DNA of 64,000 nt from Longimicrobiales bacterium (GCA_965202805.1 OZ241869.1:1824001-1888000), one strand, 5' to 3'; numbered from the stretch's first letter, positions 47,551-58,634 are shown. Notes: generated by a model from the letters alone, not told the origin. Made by a program: numbers and translations.

Positions 47551-50500
47551 CGCATCCTGAGCGCCGGGTTCGCCGCCGCCCCACGCGAACAGGAACTCCG
47601 TGCCGCCGCCGGGCGCTCCGAGGCCCACCGGGCCGCCGAGGCCGGTCAGGCCCAGCGGGCCGCCAAGGCCGTTCAGGTCCAGCGGGCCACCAAGACCGGT
47701 CAGGCCCAGCGACGCTGCCAGGTCCGCGGGACCCGGAGACCCGCCCGTAGCGCGGCCATCGGCGGCGTCCGCCGCCAACTGCGCCAGCCTCCGCTCGGCT
47801 GCGCGCCCGGCTGCACGCCCGGCTGCACGCCCGGCTGCACGCCCGGCCTCCCCGCGCCCCCCGCCGCGCCAGAGCCGCGACACCGCCCAGCCTTCGAGCA
47901 GCCGTCCGGCCGCCTGGCGTGCCGCGTCCCGGCCCAGTGGGATCGAGCGCCCCCCCACCGTCAGGCGCGACCGCTCGTCCGCACCGCCCGGCCCCACGCG
48001 GCGGCCGAGCGTCATGCGCGCGCTTGCCAGATGTGCCCGCGCCATCGCCGCCAGCGTCTCGTCGAGGACGGCGCGCACCATCCGGTCGCTTGCGTTCACG
48101 CCGAAGGTCTGCGCCGCGGAGAGCCCGCCCGGATCGCGCGCCGTCACCTCGATGGAAGCCGGGCCGTAGCCGACCGGCGTCAGCGTCAGCGCCGAGCCCG
48201 CCACGGACACCGCGGCCACGCCCGGATCGGACGACACGGCCATGTAGGCCAGCGGGTCCCCGTCGCGGTCCGCGAAGTACGGCGCCAGGTCGAGCGCCAC
48301 CGACCCGCCCCCCTCGTCGAGCGCCTGGTCCGGGATCGCGCCCACTGCCTCCGGCGCGTCGTTCACCGACGCGACCGCCACCACGACCTCCGCCTCCGCC
48401 GTACCGCCGTTGCCGTCCGTCACCGTGTAGGTGAACCGGTCCGTACCGTGCCAGTCCGCCTCGGGCGCGTAGGTCACCCCGCCGCCCGCCGCGACCCGCG
48501 CCGTCCCGTGCGAGGGAGCCGTGACGGACTCGACCCTCAGTGTGTCCCCCTCGACATCGGTGTCGTTCGCCAGCACGTCGATCACCACCGGCTCGTCCTC
48601 CGCCGTCGCCGCCGTGTCCGCCACCGCTTCCGGCGCGTCGTTCACCGGCTCGACCACGACCTCGACCTCTGCCTCCGCCGTACCGCCGTTGCCGTCCGTC
48701 ACCGTGTAGGTGAACCGGTCCGTCCCGTAATAGTCCGCCTCGGGCGCGTACTCGACGCCGCCGTCGGCGGCCGCCCGCGCCGTCCCGTGCTCCGGCGGCG
48801 ACACCGACTCGACTCGCAGCGCGTCCCCCTCGACATCCGTGTCGTTCGCCAGCACGTCGATCACGACCGGCTCGTCCTCGGCCGTCGCCGCCGCGTCCGC
48901 CACCGCTTCCGGCGCGTCGTTCACCGGCTCGACCACGACCTCGACCTCCGCCTCCGCCGTCCCGCCGTTGCCGTCGGCAACCGTGTAGGTGAACCGGTCC
49001 GTCCCGTGCCAGTCCGCCTCGGGCGCGTACAGCACGCCGCCGTGCCGATCCCCCGCAATCCGCGCTGTCCCATGCGCCGGAGCCGTCACCGACTCCACCC
49101 GCAGCGCGTCCCCCTCCACGTCCGTGTCGTTCGCCAGAACGTCGATCACCACCGGCTCGTCCTCGGCCGTCACGACCGTGTCGGCCTTGGCCTCCGGCCC
49201 GTCATTCACCGGCTCGACCACAACCTCGACCTCCGCCTCCGCCGTCCCGCCGTTGCCGTCGGCCACCGTGTAGGTGAACCGGTCCGTCCCGTGCCAGTCC
49301 GCCTCGGGCGCGTACTCGACGCCGCCGTTGGCGGCCGCCCGCGCCGTCCCGTGCGAGGGAGCCGTCACCGACTCCACTCGCAGCGCGTCCCCCTCCACGT
49401 CCGTGTCGTTCGCCAGCACGTCGATCACGACCGGCTCGTCCTCCGCCGTCGTCGCCGTGTCGGCCGCCGCCACGGGCGGCTCGTTCACGTTCACCACCTC
49501 GACGACCACCGGCGCCAGCGCCTCCCCGCCATGCGGATCACGGGCGCTCATCGTCAACTCGTACCGGTTCGGCTCCGTCTCGTGGTCCTCGCCCGGACCC
49601 ACATACGTCACCGCGCCGTCCCCCGCCCCGACCGCGAACAGATGTCCGGCGCCCGACGCCAGCGCATACTTCACCTCGTCTCCGTCCGGGTCCTCGGCGA
49701 CCGCCGCGCCCAGCGGCACCGGGCGGCCCCGGCCGTCCTCGTTCTCCCGAAGCTCGAACGTGTAGGACGGCTCGCCGAACGCCGGAGGCGCGTTCGCGAC
49801 CTCGATGGACACCGTGGCCGAAGCCGTTCCGCCCCGGCCGTCGGAGACCTGCACGCGCATCGTGACGCTCCCGGTCTCGGCCGGAGCCCGCCAGCGCGCC
49901 GCCGCCTCGTCGACCGGCCCCGCGAACCGCCCTGCGGGCGCGCTCCACGCATAGCTCAGCGGGTCGCCGTCGGGGTCCGAAGCCCGCGCGGTCAGACGTA
50001 CCTCCCCGCCCGGACCGATCCGGCACGGGTCGCACGACGCGGACACCGTCGGCTCGCCGTTCCGCGGATCGCCGCCCCCGCCGCCTCCGCCGCCTCCTCC
50101 CCCGTCCCCGCCGTCGTCGTCCCCGCCGTCGTCGTCCCGAATCCTCACCTCCACCGAGCTCGGGCTGCCCGCCTTCACCGACGACGGCAGGTTGCCCAAC
50201 GCCACGGTGAACGTCTCGTCAGCGGTGTCGGTGTCCTGGTTCGTCGTCACCGTGCCCGTGCCGGTCGTCGAACCGGAGCTGATCGTGATGCTCGACAGCG
50301 AGCCGTAGTCCTCCCACTCGGCCGTGCCGCTGGACAGCGTCAGCGGGATCGCCACGTTGCTCGAGAGCGGCGACGACAGGCGAGCGGTCACCGTCACCGG
50401 GGAGCCCTCCGTCACCGGGTTCGGCGAGGCCGAAAGCGACACCGTGGGCGCCGACGAAGTCCCTCCGCCTCCGCCGTCGTCCCGCCCCGGCTGGCGCGTC

Positions 50501-51339
50501 ACCGTCACGGTGTAGGTCCGCGTCGTGGTGCCGTCCTCGGCGGTAACCTCGACCCTGAGGGCGTTCGGGCCCGTCGAGAGCGCGATGGCTCCGCTCGCCG
50601 AGCCGCTCGCGACCGCCGTCAGGCTCGACCCCTTGCCCACCTTCACCGTGGCATTGGAGTCGTTCACCGTCGGCGTCAGCTTCGCGTGGGAGACATAATT
50701 GGCCACCGTCGCCGAGTAGAACGTGGTGGACGCGGCGAACGTGCCGATGCTCAGCGCCGTGAACGTGCCCGTCGCGCTCGTGCTGCTCGACGCCGTCAGG
50801 CCGGACAGGGTCGCGTCGGTGGACTGCGGCTGGGTCGGCGCGCAGGACGTGCCGATGCTGAGGGAGACCGGGGTGCCGACGGTCCAGGTGAGGCCGTGGT
50901 TCATCCAGTAATGAGAGGCGATGCCGAAGATCGAAAAATCAAACTCGGTCGAGCCGACACAGAATTTGAGCCTCCGAAGCGCTGGACTCGCTGCTGTCGA
51001 CAGAGTAAGGAGAAGAGGTCCACTTGTTCTAACACTAAGGTCAAGGAAGTGATACGATTGGCCGTCGACCGTGAAGCTGTTGTCCGTCAGCTGCGTATCG
51101 CATTCAGACTTGCTTCCGCAGCCGACTCCCCCTGCAATTTCCACCGGCGTCAACGTCGCCGACCAGACGGTGGAGGCGTCCTGCCGGGCCGAGGGTGTGC
51201 CGCTGCCCGTGATGAACGCGGAGCGGACGTTGCCGGGTATCGTCAGCGCCTCTGCCGCCGCGGGGGCGAGCAGGGCGAGCGCGCCGAGCAGCAGCGCGGG
51301 AGCGGGCAGGAGGTTCAGGCGGGCGCGCGATGTCGTGAT
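47551..51339 (-). pseudogene. Large adhesin (cadherin-like beta-sandwich, Calx-beta, PKD/cadherin, four tandem-95 Ig repeats), truncated before its barrel
   Basis: Signal peptide ITTSRARL..LLAPAAAEA begins at ATC (51339) rather than ATG. Four repeats of EDEPVVIDVLANDTDVEGD. Protein-like sequence ends at about 47550. Confidence 0.75.
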
Positions 51340-51417
51340 CTGTCAACCCCTGCCAAATGTCGACTGCCAGCCGCCTCGGTCCTCGCAAACACACGCGCGC
51401 GCCCTCTCCCGTGCGAG

Positions 51418-51480
51418 GAAAGCGCATCCTACGACAGGAAAAGCGCATCCTACGACAGAAAAGGCGCGTCCTAATGATAG
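51418..51480. repeat. 21-bp tandem direct repeat (2 near-perfect copies plus 1 degenerate)
   Basis: AAAGCGCATCCTACGACAG twice, then AAAGGCGCGTCCTAATGATAG. Confidence 0.75.
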
Positions 51481-51534
51481 AATTCTTGTCAAGTCCCCTT
51501 GCACGCAGGATCCCGGGCGTCCCCGCCGCAACCG

Positions 51535-51666
51535 GACGAGATCGGCTGCCTCCCGGTCACCCGCAGCGGTGCCATCCTCTTCTTCCAGCTCATGAACCGG
51601 CGCTACGAGCACGCTTCGACGGCGCTCACCTCGAACCAGGGCTTCGAGCGCTGGGGCGAGATCATG
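51535..51666 (+). pseudogene. istB: IS21-family IstB helper ATPase fragment
   Basis: DEIGCLPVTRSGAILFFQLMNRRYEHASTALTSNQGFERWGEI (Walker B to sensor region). Confidence 0.8.
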
Positions 51667-51723
51667 ATCACCGTCCGGGCCCCCTGGGTAGCCCAGGCGG
51701 AGGGTCTGCCCCGGGGGTGGCGC

Positions 51724-52085
51724 AGTTTCGCATACGCGCGTCCCGATTTGCCATTGACATCGTCCGGTTCGGCGGCTCCGAGTGGACCGGTGGCGAAGGA
51801 GTGCTCGAATTCACATGCGGGCGTCCCGTCTTGCCATTGACAACATCCCCAGCGGACGGCTCGCTGCGGACAGAAGCCAGGACGCCCGAATTCATAACCG
51901 CGCGTCCCGATTTGCCATTGACGGCATCCCCGGCGCCCGGCTCGTTGCGGGCAGGAACCAGGGCGCCCGAATTCACATGCGCGCGTCCCGTTCTGCCATT
52001 GACAGGACGCCGGCGCGCGGCTCGCTGAGCGGGCAGAAGCCAGGGTGCCCGAATTCACATGCGGGCGTCCCAATTTGCCATTGAC
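51724..52085 (+). repeat. Array of five ~35-bp cores at 81-83-bp period
   Basis: Consensus GAATTCACATGCGSGCGTCCCGWTTTGCCATTGAC at 51724 (degenerate), 51807, 51888, 51969 and 52051. Confidence 0.9.
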
Positions 52086-52304
52086 GGATTTCTAACCCGC
52101 TCTTCGGCAGGATTCAATATCCTGCATTCCATAGTCCGCCAGCGGCGCTGACAGGCCCTCTGAGAGCGTTCGTGGGCCTCCGCCTCCTCCGATGGTCTCC
52201 CAACCCCGCCTCGGCCGCTACAGGGCATCCTCGGAGGCCGATTTCAGTACCGTTATATTTGTATGTAAGTCATCAACAATAACCTCGATATTACGGATCA
52301 ACCG

Positions 52305-54116
52305 ATGATCGCATCTCGAAACTTGATCGCATCCGGAGACTCGATCGCATCTCAAGACTCGATCGCATCTTCAGACCAGGGCTGCGCCACGCGCGAAGCG
52401 CCCTCTTCCGACGAGAACGACGATGAACTCTACCGGCTCGGCGAACGCATCGCGGCGCTTGCCGAACGCATCAACGCCGCCGAAGCCCGGATGATGACCC
52501 TGATCGCCGATTTCGACCGCCGGGGCGGGTGGAAGGACGGCGGCTACTCTTCCTGCGCCGAGTGGCTGGCGTGGCGGCTCGGCATGAAGATCGGCCCGGC
52601 CCGCGAGCGCGTCCGCGCGGCCCGCGCGCTCGAGAACCTGCCGCAGACGGCGGATGCCCTGGCGAGCGGCACCATCTCCTACACCAAGGTGCGGGCGCTC
52701 ACGCGCGTGGCGACGCCCGAGCAGGAGGGGGAGCTGCTCAAGTTCGCGCGCGTCAGCTCGGCCGCGAAGCTGGAGCGGACGCTGCGCATGTGGAAGAAGC
52801 TGTCCCGCGATGAGGAGCTGACGGCGGAGCAGGCCCGGCGCCGCAGCCGGACGTTTTCCGTGTTCGTGGACGGCGACGGCATGTACGTGGTGAAGGGCCG
52901 GCTCGAGCCCGAGGTCGGGGCGGTGCTGATGCGGGCGGTGGAGGCGGCGTCGGATGCGCTGTTCCGGTGCGAGGGCGAAGGGGGCGCCGGTAGCCGCGAG
53001 GGCGGTGCGGGTGCGGGTGGTGACCAGGGCCGAGCGGGTGCCGGTAGCCGAGGGAACGATGCCGGCAACGCGCGTCCCAAGCCGAAGCAGCGCCGGGCGG
53101 ACGCGGTGGGGCTGCTGGCGGAGCGGGCGCTGGCGGCCGGGTTTGGAGGTGGTGAATGCCGTGAACCGGATGGCGATGTGGATGCGGTGGACGGTGACCT
53201 CGGCGAACCGGATGGCGATTTCGATGAGCTGGATGGCGCTCGGACCACCGAGTCGAATGCGGCGTCTCGGGGTGAACCGGTTGGAACGCGGGAAAATGCA
53301 CAGAAGAGCGCCGCGGGAGCCGAGCCCTGTGCCAAGTGCGGCACCCGGCACGACGAACCCGGAGCCCGGCACGACGAACTCGGAGCCCGACCCCGCGTCG
53401 AGTCCGGCACCCGCGCCGAGCGCTACCAGGTCATGGTCCACTGCGACGCCTCGACGCTCGCGGCGGAGGGCGAGCCGGGACGCTCGGATCTGGACGGGAT
53501 CCGCGTCTCCGCGGAAACGTCGCGGCGCATGGCGTGCGATGCCGCCGTGGTCGCGATGGTCCACGCCGAGGACGGGTCGGTGCTGAACGTGGGCCGACGA
53601 ACCCGGACCATTCCGCCGCACATCCGGCGGGCGCTGGAGGAGCGGGACCGGGGATGCCGCTTTCCGGGGTGCGGCTGCCAGTTCACCGAGGCGCATCACG
53701 TGAAGCACTGGGCCGACGGAGGCGAGACGAGCCTGAGGAACACGGTGTTGCTCTGTCGGCGGCATCATCGCGCGGTTCACGAGGGACGCGTGAAAGTGTC
53801 GGTGGCCAGCGACGGGACCGTGCTCTTCGTCACGCCGAAGGGGAGGATGCTGGTCGATGCGCCGAGCAGGCCAACGTTGGGGAACGCGCGAAGGCAGCGA
53901 GTGTCGCGGGAGGCACCGGGCCAGCGAGTACCGGACGAAGCGCCGGGCCAGCGAGTACCGCAGGATCTGCCTCCGGTCCCATCGGCGCATCCCGGCGCCC
54001 CGGCGACGGGCGATGGTTTTGTGCTCTCCAACGGAGCAGCGCTCTATCGCGACGCCGACATCCCGTGGGAGATCGAAGCCGCGTTCCGGGAAGCCATGGA
54101 TGAGTCCCTCGAGTAG
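52305..54116 (+). CDS. DUF222 domain protein with C-terminal HNH endonuclease
   Basis: FDRRGGW..SCAEWL.WR, ISYTKVRALTRV, RRMACDA, RDRGCRFPGC..AHHVKHWADGGET.L.N..LLC..HH..VH. Confidence 0.88.
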   Translation: MIASRNLIASGDSIASQDSIASSDQGCATREAPSSDENDDELYRLGERIAALAERINAAEARMMTLIADFDRRGGWKDGGYSSCAEWLAWRLGMKIGPARERVRAARALENLPQTADALASGTISYTKVRALTRVATPEQEGELLKFARVSSAAKLERTLRMWKKLSRDEELTAEQARRRSRTFSVFVDGDGMYVVKGRLEPEVGAVLMRAVEAASDALFRCEGEGGAGSREGGAGAGGDQGRAGAGSRGNDAGNARPKPKQRRADAVGLLAERALAAGFGGGECREPDGDVDAVDGDLGEPDGDFDELDGARTTESNAASRGEPVGTRENAQKSAAGAEPCAKCGTRHDEPGARHDELGARPRVESGTRAERYQVMVHCDASTLAAEGEPGRSDLDGIRVSAETSRRMACDAAVVAMVHAEDGSVLNVGRRTRTIPPHIRRALEERDRGCRFPGCGCQFTEAHHVKHWADGGETSLRNTVLLCRRHHRAVHEGRVKVSVASDGTVLFVTPKGRMLVDAPSRPTLGNARRQRVSREAPGQRVPDEAPGQRVPQDLPPVPSAHPGAPATGDGFVLSNGAALYRDADIPWEIEAAFREAMDESLE

Positions 54117-54139
54117 GCCATGGGCCTGTCACATCCGGG

Positions 54140-54222
54140 CGAGCCCGCCTTTCGAGCCAAGGCCCGCCTTCCCGAGCCCGCCTTCCGGGCCAGCCCACCT
54201 TCCGGGCCAGCCCACCTTCCGG
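54140..54222 (+). repeat. Degenerate short tandem repeat (CCCRCCTTCCGGGCCAG-like, about 5 units)
   Basis: Visible directly downstream of the HNH gene. Confidence 0.6.
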
Positions 54223-54365
54223 ACCGAAGACCTGAACACGCACCAGCGCGTCGGGGGCTCACCACCGCGTTGGGCAAAGGGCCCACCCGCGTGTTGGCAA
54301 GGGTCACCAGCGTGTCGCCAGCCCTGGTGTCGGGATCTTCATCTTCAGGCGCGCCGCCAGCCTGC

Positions 54366-55454
54366 TCAGTCGCCATCCTCTGCGTGGCGGCGGGCGATGC
54401 GGTCCAGCTTCGGCCCGATGGATGACATCACCGCCGCGAACAGGACGAGCGCCCAGCCTGCAGAGAGGATCAGGTGGGCGCCGACGAGCATTCTCGCGCC
54501 GACCGATACCGGGACGAGGCTCATGAAGTCCTGGCCGAGGGCGGTGAAGAACGCAAAGGAGAACCAGTCGGCGATCCCCGTGCCGCCGCCGGCAAACGAC
54601 CCGGGGGCAAGGCGCTGCAGCGTCCCGTAGAAACCCGCGAAGACGGCGATGATCGTCATGTAGCCGACGGCAAACCCGCCGATCGGCACCCACATGATCC
54701 GCAGGTAGGCGGCGAGCTGACTGTACACTTCAAGCCGCGGACGGAGCCAGACGGCGGCGGCGCGCCCAACAAGAAACGCGATCAGCGGAATCACCACGAT
54801 CGAGAAGACGATGGTCAGGACGATCCACGCGGCCGCGGCGGCACCCGTCAACCCGACGTCTTCCCGGATCACCCCGAAACCGAACAGCAGACCCATCACG
54901 ACAGGAAGGACAACCGCGCCCAGGACCAGCAGCCACGGAGGCCGCGGGTCATCCCATCCCTCGCGGCGCCGGCTGAGGAGGCCGATCAGCAGCGCGGTCC
55001 AGGGCACGGCCAGGAGAAGGAATGCCGCCAGGAGTGGCGCCAGGTCGAAATTGCCAACGACCAGCGCGGGGATGAATCCCAGGCTCAGCAGGACGGCGAG
55101 GATGAACGTTTCCCGGATGACATCCCGATACCCGCGGAAAGACGAGCGGCCGAGCCCATCGATCAAGCCGACCGCCATAGGGAGAAGGGGCGGCAGGATG
55201 ATGCCCCAGCCGACACTCAACGCCCCGCTCAGGAACGCCGCGACGACGCCGACCGCCAGGCCGATCAGGATGCCGGCCCACGGGTGACTCCCCGATCTCC
55301 CGCGCAAACCGACGCCGACACCGACGGCAACCGCGAACCCCGCCCCCAGCAGAACGTCGGTGTGGACGCCGGTGATGGCGTAGCCGAAGGTTACGACGAT
55401 GGCGGCGATGGCGGCCGCGATCCGGACCGCCCGCCAGATCAGTTGTTTCGGCAT
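54366..55454 (-). CDS. Multi-pass membrane protein with C-terminal ion-channel-like (Ion_trans_2-like) segment
   Basis: Many TM helices; FAGFY..DWFSFAFFTALGQDFMSLVPVSVGARML. Confidence 0.55.
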   Translation of the reverse strand: MPKQLIWRAVRIAAAIAAIVVTFGYAITGVHTDVLLGAGFAVAVGVGVGLRGRSGSHPWAGILIGLAVGVVAAFLSGALSVGWGIILPPLLPMAVGLIDGLGRSSFRGYRDVIRETFILAVLLSLGFIPALVVGNFDLAPLLAAFLLLAVPWTALLIGLLSRRREGWDDPRPPWLLVLGAVVLPVVMGLLFGFGVIREDVGLTGAAAAAWIVLTIVFSIVVIPLIAFLVGRAAAVWLRPRLEVYSQLAAYLRIMWVPIGGFAVGYMTIIAVFAGFYGTLQRLAPGSFAGGGTGIADWFSFAFFTALGQDFMSLVPVSVGARMLVGAHLILSAGWALVLFAAVMSSIGPKLDRIARRHAEDGD

Positions 55455-55583
55455 CCCCCTCCCTGGCGGAAGGTCAGGCAATGGCGTCGAGGGCAACCAG
55501 TTCCGTCCCTGACGGTGCGCACGGATCCGTACTCATTCGGGAGGCCGCGAGTGCACGCCCCTGCCTCGCACGCACACCTCTGC

Positions 55584-57857
55584 CTACCGCTCCGGGTCCG
55601 AAACCACCGTCGGCCCCTCTCCCTCCTCCAGCGTCTCCAGCACCTGGCGCCACTCGAACTTCTCGCCGATGCCGCGCACGTAGTGGTCCATCCAGGCCTT
55701 CTCGCTCACGGCCTTGACCAGGCGGTTGCGCGGGTCCGGGATGCCGTGGCTGCGGCCGGGATACATGAAGAGCTCCGTCGGCACCTCCAGCTTCTTGAGC
55801 GCCATGTGCAGCTCGACCGACTGCGGGCTCGGCACGCGCGGATCGCCCTCGACCACGTGAATCATGGTGGGCGTGACCGCGTTGGTGATGTACTTGAGCG
55901 GGGACTGGTCGAAGTAGGTGTCGAAGTCCTCGTACAGGAAGCCGTCGCCCACGTAGAACTGGCGGTTCCGCTGCACGTCGCTCTGGGCGTACATGCTGAT
56001 CCAGTTCATGGTCCCGGCGCCGGAGCTGATCGCCTTGAAGCGGTCGGTCTGCGTCAGGATCCAGTTGGACCAGTGGCCGCCCGCGCTCCATCCCAGCGCG
56101 CCCATGCGGTCGCCGTCCACGATGCCTTCGGCGATGAGATGGTCCACGCCGGTGATGATGTCCTCGTAGCCCATCGTGAAGTAGTCGCCCACGATGTCGG
56201 TGCGATGCGCGTTGCCGTAGTTGCGCGAGCCGCGATAGTTGGGCTTGAGGACGGCGTAGCCCGCGCCCGCGTACACCTGCGCGTTGTAGCCCCCGTTGAA
56301 GCGGAGGATGTCGGCGGACGCGGGGCCGCCGTGGATCGCGACGATGAGCGGATAGCGCGTCCCCTCCTCGTAGCCGACGGGGTAGACCAGGACCCCGCCG
56401 ACCATCTTTCCGTCGGACGAGCGCCAGTTGACCTCCACCTCCTCGCCGAGGGCGATGTCGCGCACCTGCGGGTTCACGTCCACGAGCTGCGTCCACGCCG
56501 AGCGGTCGGGCACGTCGTCCACGCTCGCCACGGTGAACACGGTGGGAGGGGTCTTCGGGTCGCTGTAGCCGATGAGGAGCGTGCCGGTGTCGTCGTCGCG
56601 GGACACGGAAAGGGCAGCCCGCTCCTCGGTGAGCTGCCGCACCTCGCCCGTCCCGACATCGAGTGCGTGCAACTGCGTGGTCACCGTCACGCCGGCATTG
56701 AAGTAGATGGTCTCCGAGTCCCCGGACCAGAACCCGACGCTCGAGCTCTGGTCGAAGTCCGCGCCCAGCTTGCGGAACGCGCCCCCGCGGTCATCGACTT
56801 CGCGGATGTAGACGCGGTTTTCGGTCATCGAATAGCGCTCCAGGTCGTCCGGCGCCGAGAAGGCGATCCAGCGGCCGTCGGGGGAGAAGCTCATCCCGCC
56901 CTCGCCGATCTCGTAGTTGTCGGTGAGGCGCTCGATCTCGCCGGTCGCCACTTCCTTGAGATAGAGGTCCGCGTAGAGGCGCTGCGCGGTGATGTTGCGC
57001 TCGTAGCGCTCGGGCGAGCCGCCCGTGATGCCGATCCAGCGGCCATCGTCGGAGAGCGTGAAGCCGTTGACGCTGTACGAGGCGTCGCTGGTCTCGCGCC
57101 GCTCGGTGGCCGACGCGACATCCACGCTCCACAGGCTCGAGAGCGGGGTGACGGCGTTGCGGATGTCGACCGTGAAGCCGTGCTCGCGACGTTTCACCTC
57201 GTCCTCGTCGAAGGAGTCGGGGCGCGCGAAGTAGATGCGGCTCCCGTCCGGGGAGAAGTCCCACTGGTCGACCCCGGCCTCGCCGTCGGTGAGCTGTGCG
57301 GGCTCGGAGCCCGTGAGGTCGTCGGCCGGCAGCCGGTGGAGCTGCTCCCGACCGCTCTCGCCGGAGCGGTAGACCAGCCAGCCCCCGTCCGGGCTGAACG
57401 CGAAGCCCGACACCCCCTCGGCCGCGTCGGTGACCTTGCGGGCCTCGCCGCCGTCGTGGCGCATCATGTAGAGCTGGTTCTCGGCGCCGTCCCGGTTGGA
57501 CGAGAAGACGAAGAACGACCCGTCCGGGCCCCAGGCCGGGCTGGTCTCGTTCTTGTCGTCGGTGTAGGTGAGCTGCCGGCTCGACGCGACGCCCTCGCCG
57601 AGCGACACCAGGTGGATGTCGGACTGGGATTCCGCCGCATCCCAGTCCGGGGTCGTGACCGTGTAGAGCATCCACGCCCCGTCCGGGCTCGGCGTCCACG
57701 AGCCGGCTCGTTTGAACTCCTGCACATCCATGAACGTGAGCGGGCGCTGCTGCGCGGCCAGCGGCGAGCCGAATGCCGCGACGGCGACGGAGGCCGTGAA
57801 GGCGACGGAGGCCGTGAAGGCGGCGGAGACCGTAAGGGCGAAGGAGGGAAAGCGCAT
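55584..57857 (-). CDS. S9 family serine peptidase (dipeptidyl/acylaminoacyl peptidase)
   Basis: Signal peptide, PD40 propeller repeats (SPDG), IHGGP, PNYRGS, GWSAGG, D.RVP, HG. Confidence 0.92.
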   Translation of the reverse strand: MRFPSFALTVSAAFTASVAFTASVAVAAFGSPLAAQQRPLTFMDVQEFKRAGSWTPSPDGAWMLYTVTTPDWDAAESQSDIHLVSLGEGVASSRQLTYTDDKNETSPAWGPDGSFFVFSSNRDGAENQLYMMRHDGGEARKVTDAAEGVSGFAFSPDGGWLVYRSGESGREQLHRLPADDLTGSEPAQLTDGEAGVDQWDFSPDGSRIYFARPDSFDEDEVKRREHGFTVDIRNAVTPLSSLWSVDVASATERRETSDASYSVNGFTLSDDGRWIGITGGSPERYERNITAQRLYADLYLKEVATGEIERLTDNYEIGEGGMSFSPDGRWIAFSAPDDLERYSMTENRVYIREVDDRGGAFRKLGADFDQSSSVGFWSGDSETIYFNAGVTVTTQLHALDVGTGEVRQLTEERAALSVSRDDDTGTLLIGYSDPKTPPTVFTVASVDDVPDRSAWTQLVDVNPQVRDIALGEEVEVNWRSSDGKMVGGVLVYPVGYEEGTRYPLIVAIHGGPASADILRFNGGYNAQVYAGAGYAVLKPNYRGSRNYGNAHRTDIVGDYFTMGYEDIITGVDHLIAEGIVDGDRMGALGWSAGGHWSNWILTQTDRFKAISSGAGTMNWISMYAQSDVQRNRQFYVGDGFLYEDFDTYFDQSPLKYITNAVTPTMIHVVEGDPRVPSPQSVELHMALKKLEVPTELFMYPGRSHGIPDPRNRLVKAVSEKAWMDHYVRGIGEKFEWRQVLETLEEGEGPTVVSDPER

Positions 57858-58157
57858 CTGAAACCTCGCGTGCGACGGGAAACTGGGGCCGGGGCGATGT
57901 GATTCGGGGTCAGGGCGATGTCACCCGGGGCCGAGCCGCGTCGCTGCGGGTCGTGCCCATGTTATGGCGGGTCGAGTGGCGAATCGCCGGAACCCTTCAT
58001 CATACCAACAGAGATCGACGTGGGCGAGGACATGAACCGGCCGGCGAGACCCAGGCGCGGCCCTCACGCCGTCATCCCATCGCAGGCCAGGAACGAGCGC
58101 CGCGACCGGGGGTCTACTCAGGGGAGCAGTCAGGTGGTTTCGCTGGAGGAGGTCCCG

Positions 58158-58634
58158 ATGTTCATCACGGCCGGCAGGCACGCGCTCTCCGTATTGATCC
58201 TGGCCGTGCTCGTCGCCGGCTGCGGCGCATCGCTCGGGCGTCAACTGAGGGACGATATCGGGCGGGCGACGCTCAGGGACATCCAGCTCCACGTGCCGGA
58301 GGTTCTGTCCGACCACGGCTATTCGATCAATCAGCGCAGGGAGACGCGCACCCGCATCTACTACGAAACCCGCTGGCTCTACCGGGCCCCGTTCGACGAC
58401 GAGGTGGAGCGGGGCGTGCAGGAGGTGCGGACGCGGTTCTTCGTGCAGGGGCGACGGGGCGGATCGGACTTCTTCGATGTCGAGATCCGCGTCGAGAACG
58501 CGGTCCGGGGCATCCTCCCCAGCGGAGACTGGTCCCCGCTCGTCACCCCCGACTTCGAAGATCACATGAGAAGCGTCTCCGACGAACTCATGATGAACAT
58601 CAACGCGGGCGTGCGGATTCGCGGAGGGGTCTGA
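58158..58634 (+). CDS. Hypothetical lipoprotein
   Basis: RBS GGAGGAGG; lipobox LVAGC. Confidence 0.65.
   Translation: MFITAGRHALSVLILAVLVAGCGASLGRQLRDDIGRATLRDIQLHVPEVLSDHGYSINQRRETRTRIYYETRWLYRAPFDDEVERGVQEVRTRFFVQGRRGGSDFFDVEIRVENAVRGILPSGDWSPLVTPDFEDHMRSVSDELMMNINAGVRIRGGV

Noticed and set aside
46978..51474. 1498-aa GAF fusion protein
   Set aside because: Only the first ~175 aa (GAF) look real; the rest is antisense of the adhesin.
51724..52085. CRISPR array
   Set aside because: Cores are degenerate, linkers 2-4 are homologous to each other rather than unique spacers, and no cas genes are in the window.
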